This document shows positions 41,292 through 54,363 of a stretch of DNA of 64,000 bases, in pieces. A model generated the notes under the pieces. The model saw only the letters and a program-made list of their open reading frames with translations. It had not been told where the DNA came from and made no database searches. Source of the DNA: an uncultured Planctomycetaceae bacterium (GTDB lineage Bacteria; Planctomycetota; Planctomycetia; Isosphaerales; Isosphaeraceae); the NCBI GenBank assembly GCA_963833985.1, contig CAWIAD010000002.1, forward strand, positions 2,144,001 to 2,208,000, written 5' to 3'. The translations under genes were made by a program, and so were the position numbers. Every line of letters starts with the position of its first letter. Positions within the stretch are counted from its first letter, which is position 1.

Positions 41292-42306
41292 CCACGGTTT
41301 CAGCCCCCAGCCCGGGCTCCCCCCCGGCGCGGCCGCCGCCTCTGCACCGGACAGCCCGCTCTCCTCGTGGACGCGCAAGCATTTGCTGGGTCTGGAGGAG
41401 CTTTCGGCCGAGGAGATCATGGCGATCCTGGAAACCGCGGAATCGTTCGCCGAGATCTCGACGCGGAGCCGCAAGAAGGTTCCCGCAATGCAAGGCCGCA
41501 TCGTCTTCAACCTGTTCTTCGAGAACTCCACCCGCACCCGCACCAGCTTCAGCCTCGCCGCCAAGCGTCTTTCCGCGGACACCCAGGACTTCTCGGCCAG
41601 CGCGTCGAGCATCTCCAAGGGTGAGACCTTCATCGACACGGCCAAGAACATCGAGGCCATGGGCGCCGACGTGATGGTGGTGCGGCACCCGACACCCGGC
41701 GCCCCGCACCTGCTGGCCCAGCACGTGAAGGCCTCGATCATCAACGCCGGCGACGGGGCCCACGAGCATCCCACGCAGGGACTGCTCGACCTGATGACCA
41801 TCCGCAAGGCCAAGGGCAGGATCCAGGGCCTGACCGTCGGATTGCTGGGCGACATCGCGCACTCGCGGGTGGCGCGGTCGAATATCTGGGGCCTCCAGAA
41901 GCTGGGGGCCAAAGTCATCCTGTGCGGGCCGCCCACGCTCGTGCCCCGGTCGATGGAGCGCCTGGGCTGCGAGGTGGCCCATCGCCTCGACGACATCCTC
42001 CCCCGATGCGACGTCGTCAACGTGCTGCGCATTCAGTTCGAGCGCCAGCAGGGGGGCCTCTTCCCCTCGGTCAGTGAATATTCGCACTTTTATATGATGA
42101 CTCAAGAACGAATCAAGCTGGCCCGCCCGGACCTGCTCATCCTGGCTCCCGGGCCGATCAACCGGGGCGTCGAGCTGACGCCCGAAGTGGCCGACGGCAA
42201 GCATTCCGCCATCCTTGACCAGGTGACCAACGGCCTGGCGGTCCGCATGGCGGTGCTGTACCTCTTGAGCGGGAAGATGGAGGTCAGGGGGCTGACGCAC
42301 GATTGA
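41288..42306 (+). CDS. pyrB: Aspartate carbamoyltransferase; probable frameshift near the 5' end
   Basis: [15 protein letters not shown] and RIQFER motifs; GTG 41288 overlaps the pyrR stop but is in another frame. Confidence 0.93.
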
Positions 42307-42431
42307 ACGCCACACGGTTGACCGTGCCGGCCAGCCGTCGCAGCGATGACTCCCGCCGGAACCTACTCCCATACCGTTGGATCGGATCGGACAGATCCGA
42401 CCTGCGCCCCACCAGCAGAAGGCAACCAGCC

Positions 42432-43759
42432 ATGGCCAAAGACGCCTTGCCGACCATCCGGATCGCGGGCGGCCGGATCATCGACCCGAGCCAGGAGCGC
42501 GACGAGACCGGCGATCTCTGGATCAGCCGGGGGCATATCCTGCCGGCCGGGGCCGGTTACGAAGAGGCCGAGATCGTCATCGACGCGCGCGGGCTGATCA
42601 TCTGCCCCGGGCTGATCGACGTGCACGTTCACCTGCGTGAGCCGGGGAACGAGGAAGATGAGACGATCGCCAGCGGTGCAGCAGCTGCGCTGGCGGGCGG
42701 GGTCACTTCCGTGGCGTGCATGCCCAACACCCTTCCGTCCATCGACAGCCAGGCCGCCGCCGAGTTCGTGGTGCTCCAGGGCCAGCGTGCGCGGCAGGCG
42801 AACGTTTATCCCGTCGGCGCCGTGAGCAAGGGCGCAAGGGCGAAGAGCTAGCAAGCCTGGGGCAGCTCGTGGCTGGCGGCGCCGTGGCCTTCACGGATGA
42901 CGGTGCTCCGGTGGCCTCCGCAGCGCTCATGCGCCGCGCCCTGGAATACTCCAGGATGTTCGACCGCGTGATCATGCAGCATTGCCAGGTTCCCGAACTG
43001 ACCGTGGGCGGCGTGATGAACGAAGGGTTCGAGTCGATGCGGCTGGGGCTGGCCGGCATGCCCGACGCGGCCGAGGACATCATGGTCGCCCGCGACATCC
43101 GCCTGGCGGAGATCACCCGCGGCCGGCTGCACATCCAGCACATCTCGACGGCGCGGTCGGTGGAGCTGGTTCGCGAAGGGAAGCGGCGCGGAGTGAAGGT
43201 GACTGCCGAGGCGTGCCCGCACCATTTCACGCTCACCGACGAGCGGCTGCGCACCTTCGACTCCAACTACAAGATGAACCCGCCCCTGCGCACCTGGTCG
43301 GACGTCGAGGCGGTGCTCGGCGGCCTCAAGGACGGCACCATCGAGGTGCTCGCCACCGACCACGCCCCGCACGCGCCCGAGAAGAAGATGCGCGAGCTGG
43401 ACCAGGCCCCCTTCGGCATCATTGGCCTGGAGACGCTGGTGCCGATCGTCGCAACGTACCTGGTCGATCCCGGCCACCTGACGTGGTCGGAGGCCATCCG
43501 CAAACTGACGATCAACCCGGCCCAACTCCTGGGGATACCCAAGGGCACTCTCAGGGCAGGGGCTGACGCGGATGTCACCCTGCTGGATCCTGCCACGCGC
43601 TGGACCATCGATCCGGCGCAGTTCCGCTCGCGCAGCCGAAACTGCCCGTTTGCGGGCTGGGAAGTTCGCGGCCGGGCGCACACCGTGATCGTCGGCGGCG
43701 AGGTGCGGTTCACGCTCGGAGGCATCGTCCAGCAGGCGGGGGTCATGGCCGCCTCTTGA
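42432..43759 (+). CDS. pyrC: Dihydroorotase; frameshift near 42838
   Basis: [21 protein letters not shown] and ATDHAPH motifs. Confidence 0.93.
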
Positions 43760-43837
43760 AAACCGTACCGGGTGTCGCCTACATTTCCAGTAGGGAATCT
43801 CTGATCCGGCTGATGCTTCAAGCGACGGCCTTTGCTC

Positions 43838-44446
43838 ATGCTCTGGCTCATCGACGGCTACAATTTGATGCACGCCGCCGGCGCTGTGGACAGCAGTGCA
43901 CCGAGCCGTAAAGTCTTTGCACGCAAGCGGCGAAGGTTCCTGATCGACCTGGCCGACGCCCTGGGACAGGAGCGATGCCGGGAGACGACGGTCGTGCTCG
44001 ACGCGAACTCGCCGCCGGCCGACTTTCCCCTCGAAAGCGACTACCAGGGCTTGCACCTGATCTTCGCACTTGGCGATGAGAGCGCCGACGCCCGTATCGA
44101 GACCCTGATTGCCGCGCATTCCGCCCCCAAGTCGCTCACTGTGGTCTCGTCCGACCGGAGGGTCCGCCGCGCGGCCAGCCGGCGGCGGGCGAGAGCCTTG
44201 AGCGCCGACGAGTTCCTCGATCTGCTCGACCGGTTCAAGTTCGACCGGAAAGCTCCGCCGGTGAACCCGCTACCCTCCGCGCAAGCTGATGTCGCGCTCA
44301 CGCCCGAGGAGCGGGCTTACTGGCTGGAACAGTTTGCGGGCGTTGACGCCTCTCCAGAAGCCAGGGAAGGCCCTGCGAACCCGCCCGTCCTCTTGACCGA
44401 CGCCGATATTGCCCGGATTCAACAGGAGATTGACAGCGAAGCGTGA
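43838..44446 (+). CDS. YacP-like NYN domain protein
   Basis: LIDGYNLMH, SADARIE and VVSSDR motifs. Confidence 0.85.
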   Translation: MLWLIDGYNLMHAAGAVDSSAPSRKVFARKRRRFLIDLADALGQERCRETTVVLDANSPPADFPLESDYQGLHLIFALGDESADARIETLIAAHSAPKSLTVVSSDRRVRRAASRRRARALSADEFLDLLDRFKFDRKAPPVNPLPSAQADVALTPEERAYWLEQFAGVDASPEAREGPANPPVLLTDADIARIQQEIDSEA

Positions 44447-44512
44447 TGCCCTTATGGTGACCTGAGATCATGCATCCTGCTTCGTACGTCTCTTCGCATC
44501 CGGGGGTCGAAC

Positions 44513-47484
44513 ATGGGTCAGGCGACGGGTCGCGCAATGCGGGGCGCTGAGCCCTGCCGATGGGGTCAAATTGCCGTTGTTCTGGGGCTGGTGCTCGCTC
44601 TCGCCGGCGACGCACTGGCGCAGCGAGTGCCGCGCCGCCCGCAGCGCGGTCGGCCGTCACCCGGCATGAACCGGGGCGCGGCTGCACCCGCTCCGGCAAA
44701 TCGACCCCCTGCTACAACTCCGGCGGCGCGCACGAATGCCCCGGAAGGCTCATCCGCCCCGATCAAGAACCTGGCTGATCCCAATGCTCCCGCACCCTCG
44801 CTGTGGCAGGTGAAGCCGGACCCGGCCCGCGAGCAGCCCGCCCCGATCACCCAGGAGGTCACGCTCCGCGTGCCCCCCAGCTTCTTCGGCGGCGAGGTGG
44901 TCTTTCCTTCCGCGCCCAGCACCTTTGTCGCGCTCGGCCGCAACGGCGACCAGCGCGACCTGCGCGAGATCTGGGACCTGGCAACGCGGAAACGGGTGGG
45001 AGCGATTCGTGGCGATGTGAAGCTGGACAGGCCTCAAGCCCTGAGCGCGGATGGCACCCTCTTCGCCGGCAAGGCAGACCGCAGCTTCACCGTCTACGAA
45101 ACCAGGGCCGGCCGGCTGCTGGCACAGCTCCGTGTCGATTCGCCCTTTGCCGATTACGTCGATTTTGCTGGTGAAGGCCAGGTCATCACCGGCAACTGCG
45201 GCGACCGCCGGTTCGAGGTCTGGGACCTCAAGACCCAGACCTCGTCCGTGGAGATCTCGCCCCGGGAGCGCGTGGCGAAGGAATCGGTCGTGGTGAGCCC
45301 GGGCCGGCATTTCCTGGCGATGATCGGCGCCAACACGCTCTGGGTCTACGACGTTGCGACGGGCCGCAAGGTCGGCGAGGCACCTGTTCCGAAGAACGGG
45401 GCGTTCGACCTGAACTGCAAGGACCTGGTCTTTTCTCCGGACGGTGCCGAGCTGGCCGGCATCTTTGACTCGTTCGGCACGCACCTGCTCTGCTGGGACG
45501 TGGCCTCGGGCCGGCTGACCCACCAGTTCAAGTACGACGACAAGAGCGGCATCAAGATGCCGCTAGGATTTGAAGGGATCGCTCTGGACTGGTTGACGGA
45601 CCGCTCCGCGTGGCTCCTGTTCGGCTCGGTTGTGGTGGACCATCAGTCGGGCCAGAAGACCTTCACGATCCCCAGCGACACTCCAGGCACGGACAAGGGG
45701 CCGCGGAAGATCGTTGGCAAGAACCTGGTGCTCATCACGGTGGGCGAGCCCCGCAACCGGATGGTCCGAAGCTACGTGTTGCCCACCGACGTCATCGCGC
45801 GGGCGTCAAAGCTGATCGCGGAAGGCGGCAGCGCAGCGGATGCGGCCTTGCCGCCCCTCTCGACGGCCGATCTCTCCGGTGCGCGGAGGGTCGCCGTTCA
45901 GGCGGCCGCGCCCGCATGGTCGGTGCGGATGGAAAGCACGCAGGCCCCGCTCGTCACGTCCCGGCGCTCGATCTCCGCGCAGCTTCCGGCCAATGAGGCG
46001 GTCGGGCTGCTCTTCAGCGGGGCTGGTGCCCATCAGGTTGCCATCGTCAGCCTGCCCGGCGGCGTGAACGCCTTCGATCCCAACCAGAATGACGGCAAGC
46101 CCCGGCGCCTGACCCGGTTCGACGCGTCCACGGGCAGGACCCTGGGGAGCACCGAGGTTTCCCCTCTGTGCGATCCCGTGTCCCTGAGCCCGGACGGCAC
46201 GCGCGTGCTCACGCTCGACGGACGCGAGCGCCGCCGGATCGACGTCTACCAGACGGCTGGCGCGGGCCACGTGGCCGGCTGGCGGCCCTACGAGAAGGAG
46301 CAGTCCGACAACGAGAAAGCCGTGCTCTGGGCCGATTTCCTTACGCCGGATCGTGTCCTGACCGTCAACGGGTCGGGGATGCTCGTGCTCTGGTCGCTGC
46401 CGGACTGCAAGGCCGTGTACGTGGCGGAAGGGGCCTGCGAGGGCGCACCGGTGCTGGACCCGTCCCGAAGGTACCTGGCTGCCTACCTGGGCGGAACGTT
46501 CCGGGTGCTGAAGGCCGACACGGGCAAGCTCGCGGGCGAGGCCCAGGCCCCGGCCTCGGCCGGTTCCGGCAAGTCCGTCCTCACGGGCGCCGCGTTTCAG
46601 GCCGATGGGGCAGGACTCGTGGCGCTCATCGGCGGCCAGCATGTGGTGCGCTGGAACTTTGCCACCGGTAAGCTGACGGCTGACTTTCCCATTCCCATGA
46701 CCATCAGTCCGGGCGCGGGCTCGCATCACGCGGCCGTCGAGGCGTGCGACGCGAGCCACGCCTTGCTCGACGGCCGGATCCTCGTCGACCTGGAGAAGCG
46801 GTCGCACGTCTGGTCCTACTTCGGCCCGACCGTCTCCTCCGGTGGCCCGGACGGCCGGCACTGGTACGTGGCCGGACTGAACACCCAGCCCGCGACCATC
46901 ATGCCGCTGAGCTTGCCGGAAGAGAACGTGAACCGCGTGGTGGCCATGGTGAACGATCCGGCCGTGGCCTCGTCGCTGCGCGTCGGCATGCCGGTGGGAG
47001 TTCAACTCGAGCTCGGAGGCCCACCTCGAAACAACGGCGAGTTCAAGCGCACCGTGACCGAAAGCCTGAACGCCAAGCTGAAGGCCAACGGCATGACACC
47101 GTCCCCCTCAGCCCCGCGCGGTTCGTCGTCCACGTCGATGAGAAGAACACGGGCAAAGCCGTGAACTATAACGAGTTCGGCGACAGCCATTTTTCCAGCC
47201 CGCGGGGCAGCATCGCGATCACCAACCTGGTGTGCAATGTGTACTTTGCAGACGGCCAGGGCCGTATCCCGATCGCCCCCGAGCAGTCCTTCGGTCTGCT
47301 CCAGGGCTTCCGGCGGATCTACCGGATCCCGCAAGGCGAGACGCTGGAAACCTATCTCAAGGGGAACCAGTGGGGCCATGTCCGGCAATTCGTGGGCGGC
47401 ATCGGCCTGCCGTACTTCATCGCACGGCAGGCCGGCGGGGTGGCCACTCTGCCGGGTTCTACCGATTTAAACGCGGTGCGATAG
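44513..47484 (+). CDS. Secreted WD40-like beta-propeller protein; frameshift near 47110
   Basis: Signal peptide; repeated WDL/FSPDG motifs in two homologous halves. Confidence 0.7.
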
Positions 47485-49526
47485 AGCGGATGGGGTTGCC
47501 TTCAAGCTTCGTCACCTTGCCGTCACGGACCACGAATTGCTCCTGACCGGCGTTGATGAGGTCGCCGTTCTGGAGGCCAAGCCCTTCGTAGCCGAACTGC
47601 TGCGGATCGAGGGGCTTGTTGACCTCACACTGCAGCAGGGAAGCCATGGTCTGATAAGGCGGCGCTCCGCCCGGATCGTAGGACGTGGTCCGGACCACCT
47701 GAGGTATGTAGATACCGTCAATCTGTTCCCACTTCCACTCGGTGCAGTCGCCAAGCTTGCCGTCGGGCCGTCCCCAGGCGGAGAATCTGACCACCGGGTT
47801 ATAGCCTTCCCGCGGACTCCAGACCGAGACGATATAAAGGTCCGATGCACCGCCAGCCGCCGGACTTCTCGTCTGCTGCCAGTACCACCGACCGCCCGGT
47901 CCCTCGGCCTGGCGTATATTCAATCCGCGTTCAACCCTCTGCCGTTGCTCTTCTCCGTGCTTTCCTTTGAGGCGGCTGAGATTGGCCTCGGTCTCGGTCC
48001 AGAGATAATAAGACGGACCATAGGCGTAGAAACCGCGCGGGTCGGTGAACCTCGGCTCGCGCACCGCCTCCTGCGCTGGCATGGAGAGGGCTTGCCGTCC
48101 GGACACCGCTCGGGGCTCGCCCGGCGCGGACACAAGCCTCGTGTGATTGTCTCGATAAAGTACGAGATACCGGTCGGCCGTCGTGATCGATCGCGTGTCG
48201 TGACCGAGCTGGGGGCCCTCGGAAGGCTCGTGCGTGCGCGAATGGACGTAGCGGCTGGACTTCGTGTCGCGGCTGCGGAAGACGCTGCCCGAGGCGGTGT
48301 CCACCGCGAAGTCGATGGTGAACTCCAGCTCGTGGGTGAGGGGTTCAATCTTGCCGGTTCTCCCGGGAAAGCTCGCCAGGAACTTCTCGCTCAGGGGCTC
48401 GGACACCAGGAAATCGTAGGAGCCTTTCCAGGTTTTGATGTTTTCATAATTCGCCCTGGACCTTGCTGCCAGCAGCTCCAGGACCCGGAGTTTGTCTTGT
48501 GCCGGGACCGTGGTCCAGACCAGGCCCTTCGGCACCAGAGCGCTCTTGCTCAGCACGGGGTGCCGGGTAATGTCAACGGGATCTTGCCCGGCCGGGGCAC
48601 CGGTCGGCATCGCGGCCTGGGCCGTCGCGCCTTGATCGTGTGTTTGCTGGTAGACGACGCCGGCGCCGGTCGCTACGCGCACTGAACATGATGACGGCCG
48701 CGGCCGCCATCTTGAGTTTGGTCAGGAACATGGTTCGCAAGACTCCTTCAGTCATCTGGAGGGTGCCGGCCGAGATGGCGATGGTTCCGGCACTCTCGTG
48801 CAGAACCGAGGCGACGGCGGCCCGGATCACGGCGCCTGCGAGTGCGGGAGGAACGGCGGCCTCGGCGGTCTGAGTGGCCAGTCCGGCGCCCAGCAGTCCT
48901 GCGGGCAGCGTCAGGCCGCGGCGGGTGAGCCTGGCCTTCAACTGCTCGCGAGCCCGGGAGAGACGCGACAGGACGGTCCCCTGAGGACAGCCCAGGCGCT
49001 GGGCGGCAGCTTCCGTGCTCATGCCTTCGAGGTAGCAGAGGACGACTGGCTCCCGGTATTTCTCCGGCAGCCGCCCCAGCTCCTCGTGCAGTTCGGGCCA
49101 GCACTCCGGCTCGCTCGTGGCCTTGCACCGCTGCGACATTTCCATGGCTGCCCACCGCTGTTCGTGCGACCGCCTCCGCGCCGCGTCGGCACGAGCCCGC
49201 TGCGCCACGCGGAGGGCGATCCCATAAAGCCAGCTAGCCACCGAGCCACGCTTCCGGACCGTGCCCGCCTTGCGGGCCAGCACCAGGAACGTGGCCTGGA
49301 ATGCGTCCTCGGCCTCATCGGTATTGCCCAGGATCTGCCGGCAGACGCGCAGCACCATCGGCCCGTGCCGATCGACGAGTGCCGCGAAGCCAGCCTCGGC
49401 GCTTTCCCGTTTTCCCGCCAGGAACGTCTCCAGGAGCTGGCCGTCACTCAGGTTGGCGACCACTCCCAGCGTGCAGAGCGCGGGTAGATGAGTGTGGGAA
49501 ACTCTGCTTGCCGATTTGCTGGTCAT
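47459..49526 (-). CDS. ECF sigma-70 factor with long C-terminal extension; frameshift near 48680
   Basis: RHGPMV, AEDAFQATFLVLARKA and GTVLSRLSRAR motifs; Ala-rich linker and transmembrane segment, continuing in ORF 47459-48682. Confidence 0.85.
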
Positions 49527-49629
49527 CCGCCCGGCTCCCTCGTCCCCGTCTCGCATGCGAGGTAGTGCCGGGAGGCGAGATTGCTATTCCAACCTTTTTC
49601 CGGGAGCCGGCCGAATGCGTTCTCGCCCG

Positions 49630-50649
49630 TCACGTCGAAGCGTTCTTCTCACGGTGGCCGCCGAACTGGAAACGCATGGCGGAGAGCAGCTTATCCTGAA
49701 AATCGGCCTCACCGCGCGACGAGAACCGCTCATAAAGGGCCGTGCTCAGAACGGGCACGGGGACGGCCTCATCGATGGCCGCCTTGATGGTCCAGCGGCC
49801 CTCGCCGGAATCGGAGACCTGGCCGGCGAACTCGGAGAGATCGGCGTCGGCCGCCAGCGCGGTGGCCGTGAGGTCCAGCAGCCAGGAGGCGATCACGCTC
49901 CCACGCCGCCAGACCTCGGCCACGTCGGCCATCTGGAAATCGTACTGATACAGCCCGGGCTCGCGGAGAGGCGTGGTCTCGGCGTCAATCTCGTGCTGCC
50001 GCTTGCCGATGTTCGCGCTTTTCAGGACGGCAAGGCCCTCGGCATAGGCGGCCATCACACCATACTCGATGCCGTTGTGAACCATCTTGACGAAGTGCCC
50101 CGCGCCGGGTGGGCCGCAATGCAGGTAGCCCTCCTCGGCAGTGCCGCCCAGCTTGTCGCGTCCCGGCGTACGCGCGATGTTGCCCAGCCCGGGGGCGAGC
50201 GTCTTGAAGACGGGGTCCAGGTGCTTCACGGCTGCTTCGGAGCCGCCGATCATCATGCAGTACCCGCGCTCCAGGCCCCAGACGCCTCCACTGGTTCCGA
50301 CGTCGATGTAGCTGATCTTCCGGGTGGCCAGATCGCCGGCCCTGCGGATATCGTCGACATAGTACGAGTTGCCGCCGTCGACGAGAATGTCGCCGGCTTC
50401 CAGCAGCGGTGCCAGGCTGGCGATCGTTGCGTCGACAGCAGCCGCGGGAACCATCAGCCAGACCGCGCGCGGCCGCTCGAGCTGCTTCACGAACGCCTCC
50501 AGCGACGAGGCGCCGAGCGCTTTTTCCTTCACGAGCTGCTCGATGGCTTCGGGACTCCGGTCGTGCACCACGCACGAGTGGCCGCCCCGGAGCAGCCTCC
50601 GCACCATGTTCGCGCCCATCCGGCCCAGGCCGATCATCCCGAGTTGCAT
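49630..50649 (-). CDS. gnd: 6-phosphogluconate dehydrogenase (short YqeC type)
   Basis: GLGRMG, VKMVHNGIEYG, DSGEGRW and FGGH motifs. Confidence 0.95.
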   Translation of the reverse strand: MQLGMIGLGRMGANMVRRLLRGGHSCVVHDRSPEAIEQLVKEKALGASSLEAFVKQLERPRAVWLMVPAAAVDATIASLAPLLEAGDILVDGGNSYYVDDIRRAGDLATRKISYIDVGTSGGVWGLERGYCMMIGGSEAAVKHLDPVFKTLAPGLGNIARTPGRDKLGGTAEEGYLHCGPPGAGHFVKMVHNGIEYGVMAAYAEGLAVLKSANIGKRQHEIDAETTPLREPGLYQYDFQMADVAEVWRRGSVIASWLLDLTATALAADADLSEFAGQVSDSGEGRWTIKAAIDEAVPVPVLSTALYERFSSRGEADFQDKLLSAMRFQFGGHREKNAST

Positions 50650-50695
50650 CGCTAGCTCCCTTCCCGCGTGTCGCGGAGTGCCTGGTGCTGTCGCC

Positions 50696-52342
50696 TTAGC
50701 CGGCCTGTTGCTTGAGCTTGCGGTAACGGCGGATGAGGTTGTTCGTGGAGCCGTCGTGGTGCAGGTCCGGCTCCGTCTTGCTCTCCAGCTCGGGGATGAT
50801 CCGCTGGGCAAGGACCTTGCCCAGCTCGACGCCCCACTGATCGAAGGAGTCGATGTTCCAGATCACGCCCTGGGTGAAGACGTTGTGTTCGTACAAGGCA
50901 ATCAGCATGCCAAGCGTTGCGGGATCCAGCCGTTCGGCCAGAAGGGTGTTCGACGGACGGTTCCCCTCGAAGACGCGGTGCGGGACGAGCCAGTCCGGCG
51001 TTCCCTCGGCCTTGACCTCCTCGGCGGTTTTGCCGAAGGCCAGGGCCTCGGCCTGCGCGAAGACGTTGGCCATGAGCATGTCGTGGTGGCGGGGCAGGGG
51101 GTCGAGCGACCGGGCGAAGGCGATGAAGTCGCAGGGGATGAGCTTCGTCCCCTGGTGGATCATCTGGTAGAACGAGTGCTGGCCGTTGGTGCCGGGCTCG
51201 CCCCAGTAGATGGGGCTGGTCTGGTAATCAACGACGGTCCCATCGAGCGTGACGTGCTTGCCGTTGCTCTCCATGGTGAGCTGCTGCAAGTAGGCCGGAA
51301 AGCGCTTCAGGTACTGCTCGTAGGGGAGCACGGCCACGGTCTGGGAGCCGAAGAAGTTGTTATACCAGATCGTCAAGAGCGCCATGAGGACCGGCAGATT
51401 CTTCTCGAACGGCGTGGTACGGAAATGCTCGTCCATGCGGTGAAAGCCGCCGAGCAGGGCCCGGAAGTTCTCCGGCCCGATGGCGAGCATCGTGGAGAGT
51501 CCGATCGCGGAATCCATGGAGTACCGCCCGCCGACCCAGTCCCAGAACTCGAACATGTTGGCCGTGTCGATGCCGAAAGCGGACACCTTGGCGGCATTGG
51601 TGGAGACGGCCACGAAATGCCGGGCCACGGCGCTTGCGTCTCCGCCCAGGCCTTGCAGCAGCCAGTCGCGGGCGCTGCCGGCGTTGGTCATCGTCTCCAG
51701 CGTGGTGAAGGTCTTCGACGAGACAATGAACAATGTCTCCGAGGGGTCGATGTCGCGGGTGGCTTCCGCCAGGTCGACGCCGTCCACGTTGGAGACGAAG
51801 CGGAAGTTCAGCTTGCGGTCGCTGTAATACCGGAGCGCCTCGTAGGCCATCACGGGGCCCAGGTCCGAGCCGCCGATGCCGATGTTGATGATGTTCCGCA
51901 TCGGCTTGCCGGTGTGACCCTTCCAGCTTCCGTTGCGCACCCGTTGGGAGAAATCCGCCATCTTGTCGAGCACGGCGTGGACGTGCGGTACGACGTTCTC
52001 GCCGTCGACCAGGATCGTGGCGTCTCTGGGAGTGCGCAGGGCCACGTGCAGGACGGATCGGTTCTCCGTCACGTTGATCTTTTCGCCCCGGAACATGGCG
52101 TCGATGCGGCCGCGTAGACCCACCTGCTCGGCCAGGATGAGCAGCAGCCTCAGGGTCTCGTCGGTGATCCGGTTCTTCGAGTAATCAAGGAACAGGCCGC
52201 CGGCCTCAACCGTCATTCGCTCGCCGCGGCCGGGGTCATCGGCAAACAGGCTGCGCAGGTGAAGGTTGCCCACGTCATGAAGGTGGTCGGCCAGAGCGCT
52301 CCAGGCCGGGCGGCTCTTGAGTGATTCCTGCTGGACCGTCAT
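50696..52342 (-). CDS. pgi: Glucose-6-phosphate isomerase
   Basis: [23 protein letters not shown] and DQWGVELGK motifs. Confidence 0.97.
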   Translation of the reverse strand: MTVQQESLKSRPAWSALADHLHDVGNLHLRSLFADDPGRGERMTVEAGGLFLDYSKNRITDETLRLLLILAEQVGLRGRIDAMFRGEKINVTENRSVLHVALRTPRDATILVDGENVVPHVHAVLDKMADFSQRVRNGSWKGHTGKPMRNIINIGIGGSDLGPVMAYEALRYYSDRKLNFRFVSNVDGVDLAEATRDIDPSETLFIVSSKTFTTLETMTNAGSARDWLLQGLGGDASAVARHFVAVSTNAAKVSAFGIDTANMFEFWDWVGGRYSMDSAIGLSTMLAIGPENFRALLGGFHRMDEHFRTTPFEKNLPVLMALLTIWYNNFFGSQTVAVLPYEQYLKRFPAYLQQLTMESNGKHVTLDGTVVDYQTSPIYWGEPGTNGQHSFYQMIHQGTKLIPCDFIAFARSLDPLPRHHDMLMANVFAQAEALAFGKTAEEVKAEGTPDWLVPHRVFEGNRPSNTLLAERLDPATLGMLIALYEHNVFTQGVIWNIDSFDQWGVELGKVLAQRIIPELESKTEPDLHHDGSTNNLIRRYRKLKQQAG

Positions 52343-52354
52343 CTGGTGTCCTTT

Positions 52355-52394
52355 CGAGGTCGATGTTCGGCTGGCGAGGTCGATGTTCGGCTGG
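52355..52394. repeat. Perfect 2 x 20-bp tandem repeat CGAGGTCGATGTTCGGCTGG
   Basis: Directly visible between pgm and pgi. Confidence 0.85.
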
Positions 52395-52409
52395 TTCGCG
52401 GCGCTTGCC

Positions 52410-54053
52410 TCAAGACTTCAGCGCCTTGTTCACGATGGTCTGCGCCTCGCTGACGATCTGTTCCAAATGGTGCTGGTCCTTGAAGCTCTCGGCATAAATC
52501 TTGTAGATATTCTCAGTGCCGGAAGGACGCGCCGCGAACCAGCCGCTGGAGCTGGTGACCTTGAGCCCGCCGATGGCCGCGCCGTTGCCCGGTGCGGTCG
52601 TGAGCTTGGCCGTGATCGGGTCGCCGGCCAGCTCCGAATCCTTCACGGCCTCAAGTGCGAGCTTCGAGAGCCGCGCCTTCTGCTCCGGCGTGGCCGCGGC
52701 GTCGATGCGCGTGTAATAAGGAGTGCCGAACTCCAGGGTTAGCTCGCGGTAATGCTCGCCGGGGTCGCTGCCGGTGCGCGCGGTGATCTCGGCGGCCAGC
52801 AGGTCCATGATCAGGCCGTCCTTGTCGGTCGTCCAGACGCTGCCGTCGCGCCGCAGGAAGCTTGCCCCCGCGCTCTCCTCACCACCGAAGCAGTACGACC
52901 CGTCGAAGAGCCCCGGCGCGAACCACTTGAAGCCCACCGGCACTTCCGAGAGCCGCCGGCACTGCTTCCGCACGACGTGATCGATCATGCTGCTGCTCAC
53001 CAGCGTCTTGCCCACCGCGGCATGCACCGGCCAGCGCGGCCGGTGGCACAGCAAGTAGCCGATGGCCGCGGCCAGGTAGTGGTTCGGATTCATGAGCCCG
53101 GCCGTGGGCGTGACGATGCCGTGCCGGTCCGAGTCCGGGTCGTTGGCGAAGGCGACCTGGTATCTGTCCTTCAGCTTCACCAGCCCCGCCATGGCATAGG
53201 GGCTGGAGCAATCCATGCGGATCTTGCCGTCGTGATCGACCATCATGAACGAGAACGTCGGGTCCACTTCCTGGTTCACCACCTCGAGGTTCAGGCCGTA
53301 GATGTTGGCGATGGGCTCCCAGTAGTGGACCGACGCGCCGCCGAGCGGATCGACGCCCAGCTTGAGCCCGGCCGAGACGATCGCCTCCATGTCGACGACG
53401 CTCTGGAGGTCGTTCACGTAAGGGATGATGAAATCGTCCTGGTGCGTGGTCGCAGCCATCAGAGCCGATGCCAGGGGCATGCGCTTGACGTCCGCGTTGC
53501 CGGATTCCAGCAGGGCGTTGGCCCGATTCTCGATCCATTTCGTCGCGTCGGTGTCGGCCGGACCGCCATTGGTGGGGTTGTACTTGAAGCCGCCGTCCTC
53601 GGGCGGATTGTGCGACGGCGTGATCACGATGCCGTCTGCGAGGTGCTCCGCGCGGCCATGGTTGTACACCAGGATGGCGCGAGAGATGACGGGTGTTGGC
53701 GTCACTCCGTCATCGCGCTGAATGATCGTGTCCACACGATTAGCCGCCAGCACCTCGAGTGCCGTGCGCTGGGCGGGAGACGACATCGCGTGCGTGTCCT
53801 TGCCCATGAACAGCGGCCCGGTGGTTCTCTCGCTCTGGCGGTAGTCGCAGATGGCCTGGGTGATGGCCAGGATGTGCGCCTCGGTGAACGTTCCATCCCG
53901 CGGCGTGCCCCGGTGGCCGCTGGTGCCGAAGCTGACCCGCTGGTTGCGGTTGCTCAGATCAGGCAGGCGTTCGAGGTATTCCCGTTCGAGCCGGGCGGGG
54001 TCGATCAGCATCTGCTTCAGTGCCGGCTTGCCCGCAAGTGGAGAGATCGCCAC
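52410..54053 (-). CDS. pgm: Phosphoglucomutase (alpha-D-glucose phosphate-specific)
   Basis: [26 protein letters not shown] and RPSGTE motifs. Confidence 0.96.
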   Translation of the reverse strand: MAISPLAGKPALKQMLIDPARLEREYLERLPDLSNRNQRVSFGTSGHRGTPRDGTFTEAHILAITQAICDYRQSERTTGPLFMGKDTHAMSSPAQRTALEVLAANRVDTIIQRDDGVTPTPVISRAILVYNHGRAEHLADGIVITPSHNPPEDGGFKYNPTNGGPADTDATKWIENRANALLESGNADVKRMPLASALMAATTHQDDFIIPYVNDLQSVVDMEAIVSAGLKLGVDPLGGASVHYWEPIANIYGLNLEVVNQEVDPTFSFMMVDHDGKIRMDCSSPYAMAGLVKLKDRYQVAFANDPDSDRHGIVTPTAGLMNPNHYLAAAIGYLLCHRPRWPVHAAVGKTLVSSSMIDHVVRKQCRRLSEVPVGFKWFAPGLFDGSYCFGGEESAGASFLRRDGSVWTTDKDGLIMDLLAAEITARTGSDPGEHYRELTLEFGTPYYTRIDAAATPEQKARLSKLALEAVKDSELAGDPITAKLTTAPGNGAAIGGLKVTSSSGWFAARPSGTENIYKIYAESFKDQHHLEQIVSEAQTIVNKALKS

Positions 54054-54118
54054 GCGGCTGATCCTTTCTTTTCAAAGTTTCGCGGCACGGTTCGGGTGTG
54101 CTCCAGGAACGTATTCTA

Positions 54119-54218
54119 AATAGCTCCCCGTAAGAGGGAAAGTGTGGAACGGCCGCCCTCGGCCGTCCCGAGCCAGCCGAGGGCGGCTGGCCCACATTCC
54201 AAGAGGCGAGGATCTATT
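54119..54218. mobile_element. 100-bp palindromic MITE, copy 2
   Basis: TA duplication at 54117-54118 and 54219-54220; empty site CTAG; upstream of pgm. Confidence 0.88.
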
Positions 54219-54363
54219 TAGCATGACCGGAGTGATGCCAGGAACCCTCGCGGCGGGTTTCCTCCGCCCCACGATCCCGGCGGCGCAGGGATGTTCGAGA
54301 GCCCCGCAACGCAGAATCCGCGGCGCCTCGCCGGACTTCGGCCCGCTTGCAAGGATTTACCGC

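Noticed and set aside
42820..42860. Programmed ribosomal frameshift in pyrC
   Set aside because: No clear slippery heptamer, and it is one of many similar indels, so a sequence error is more parsimonious.
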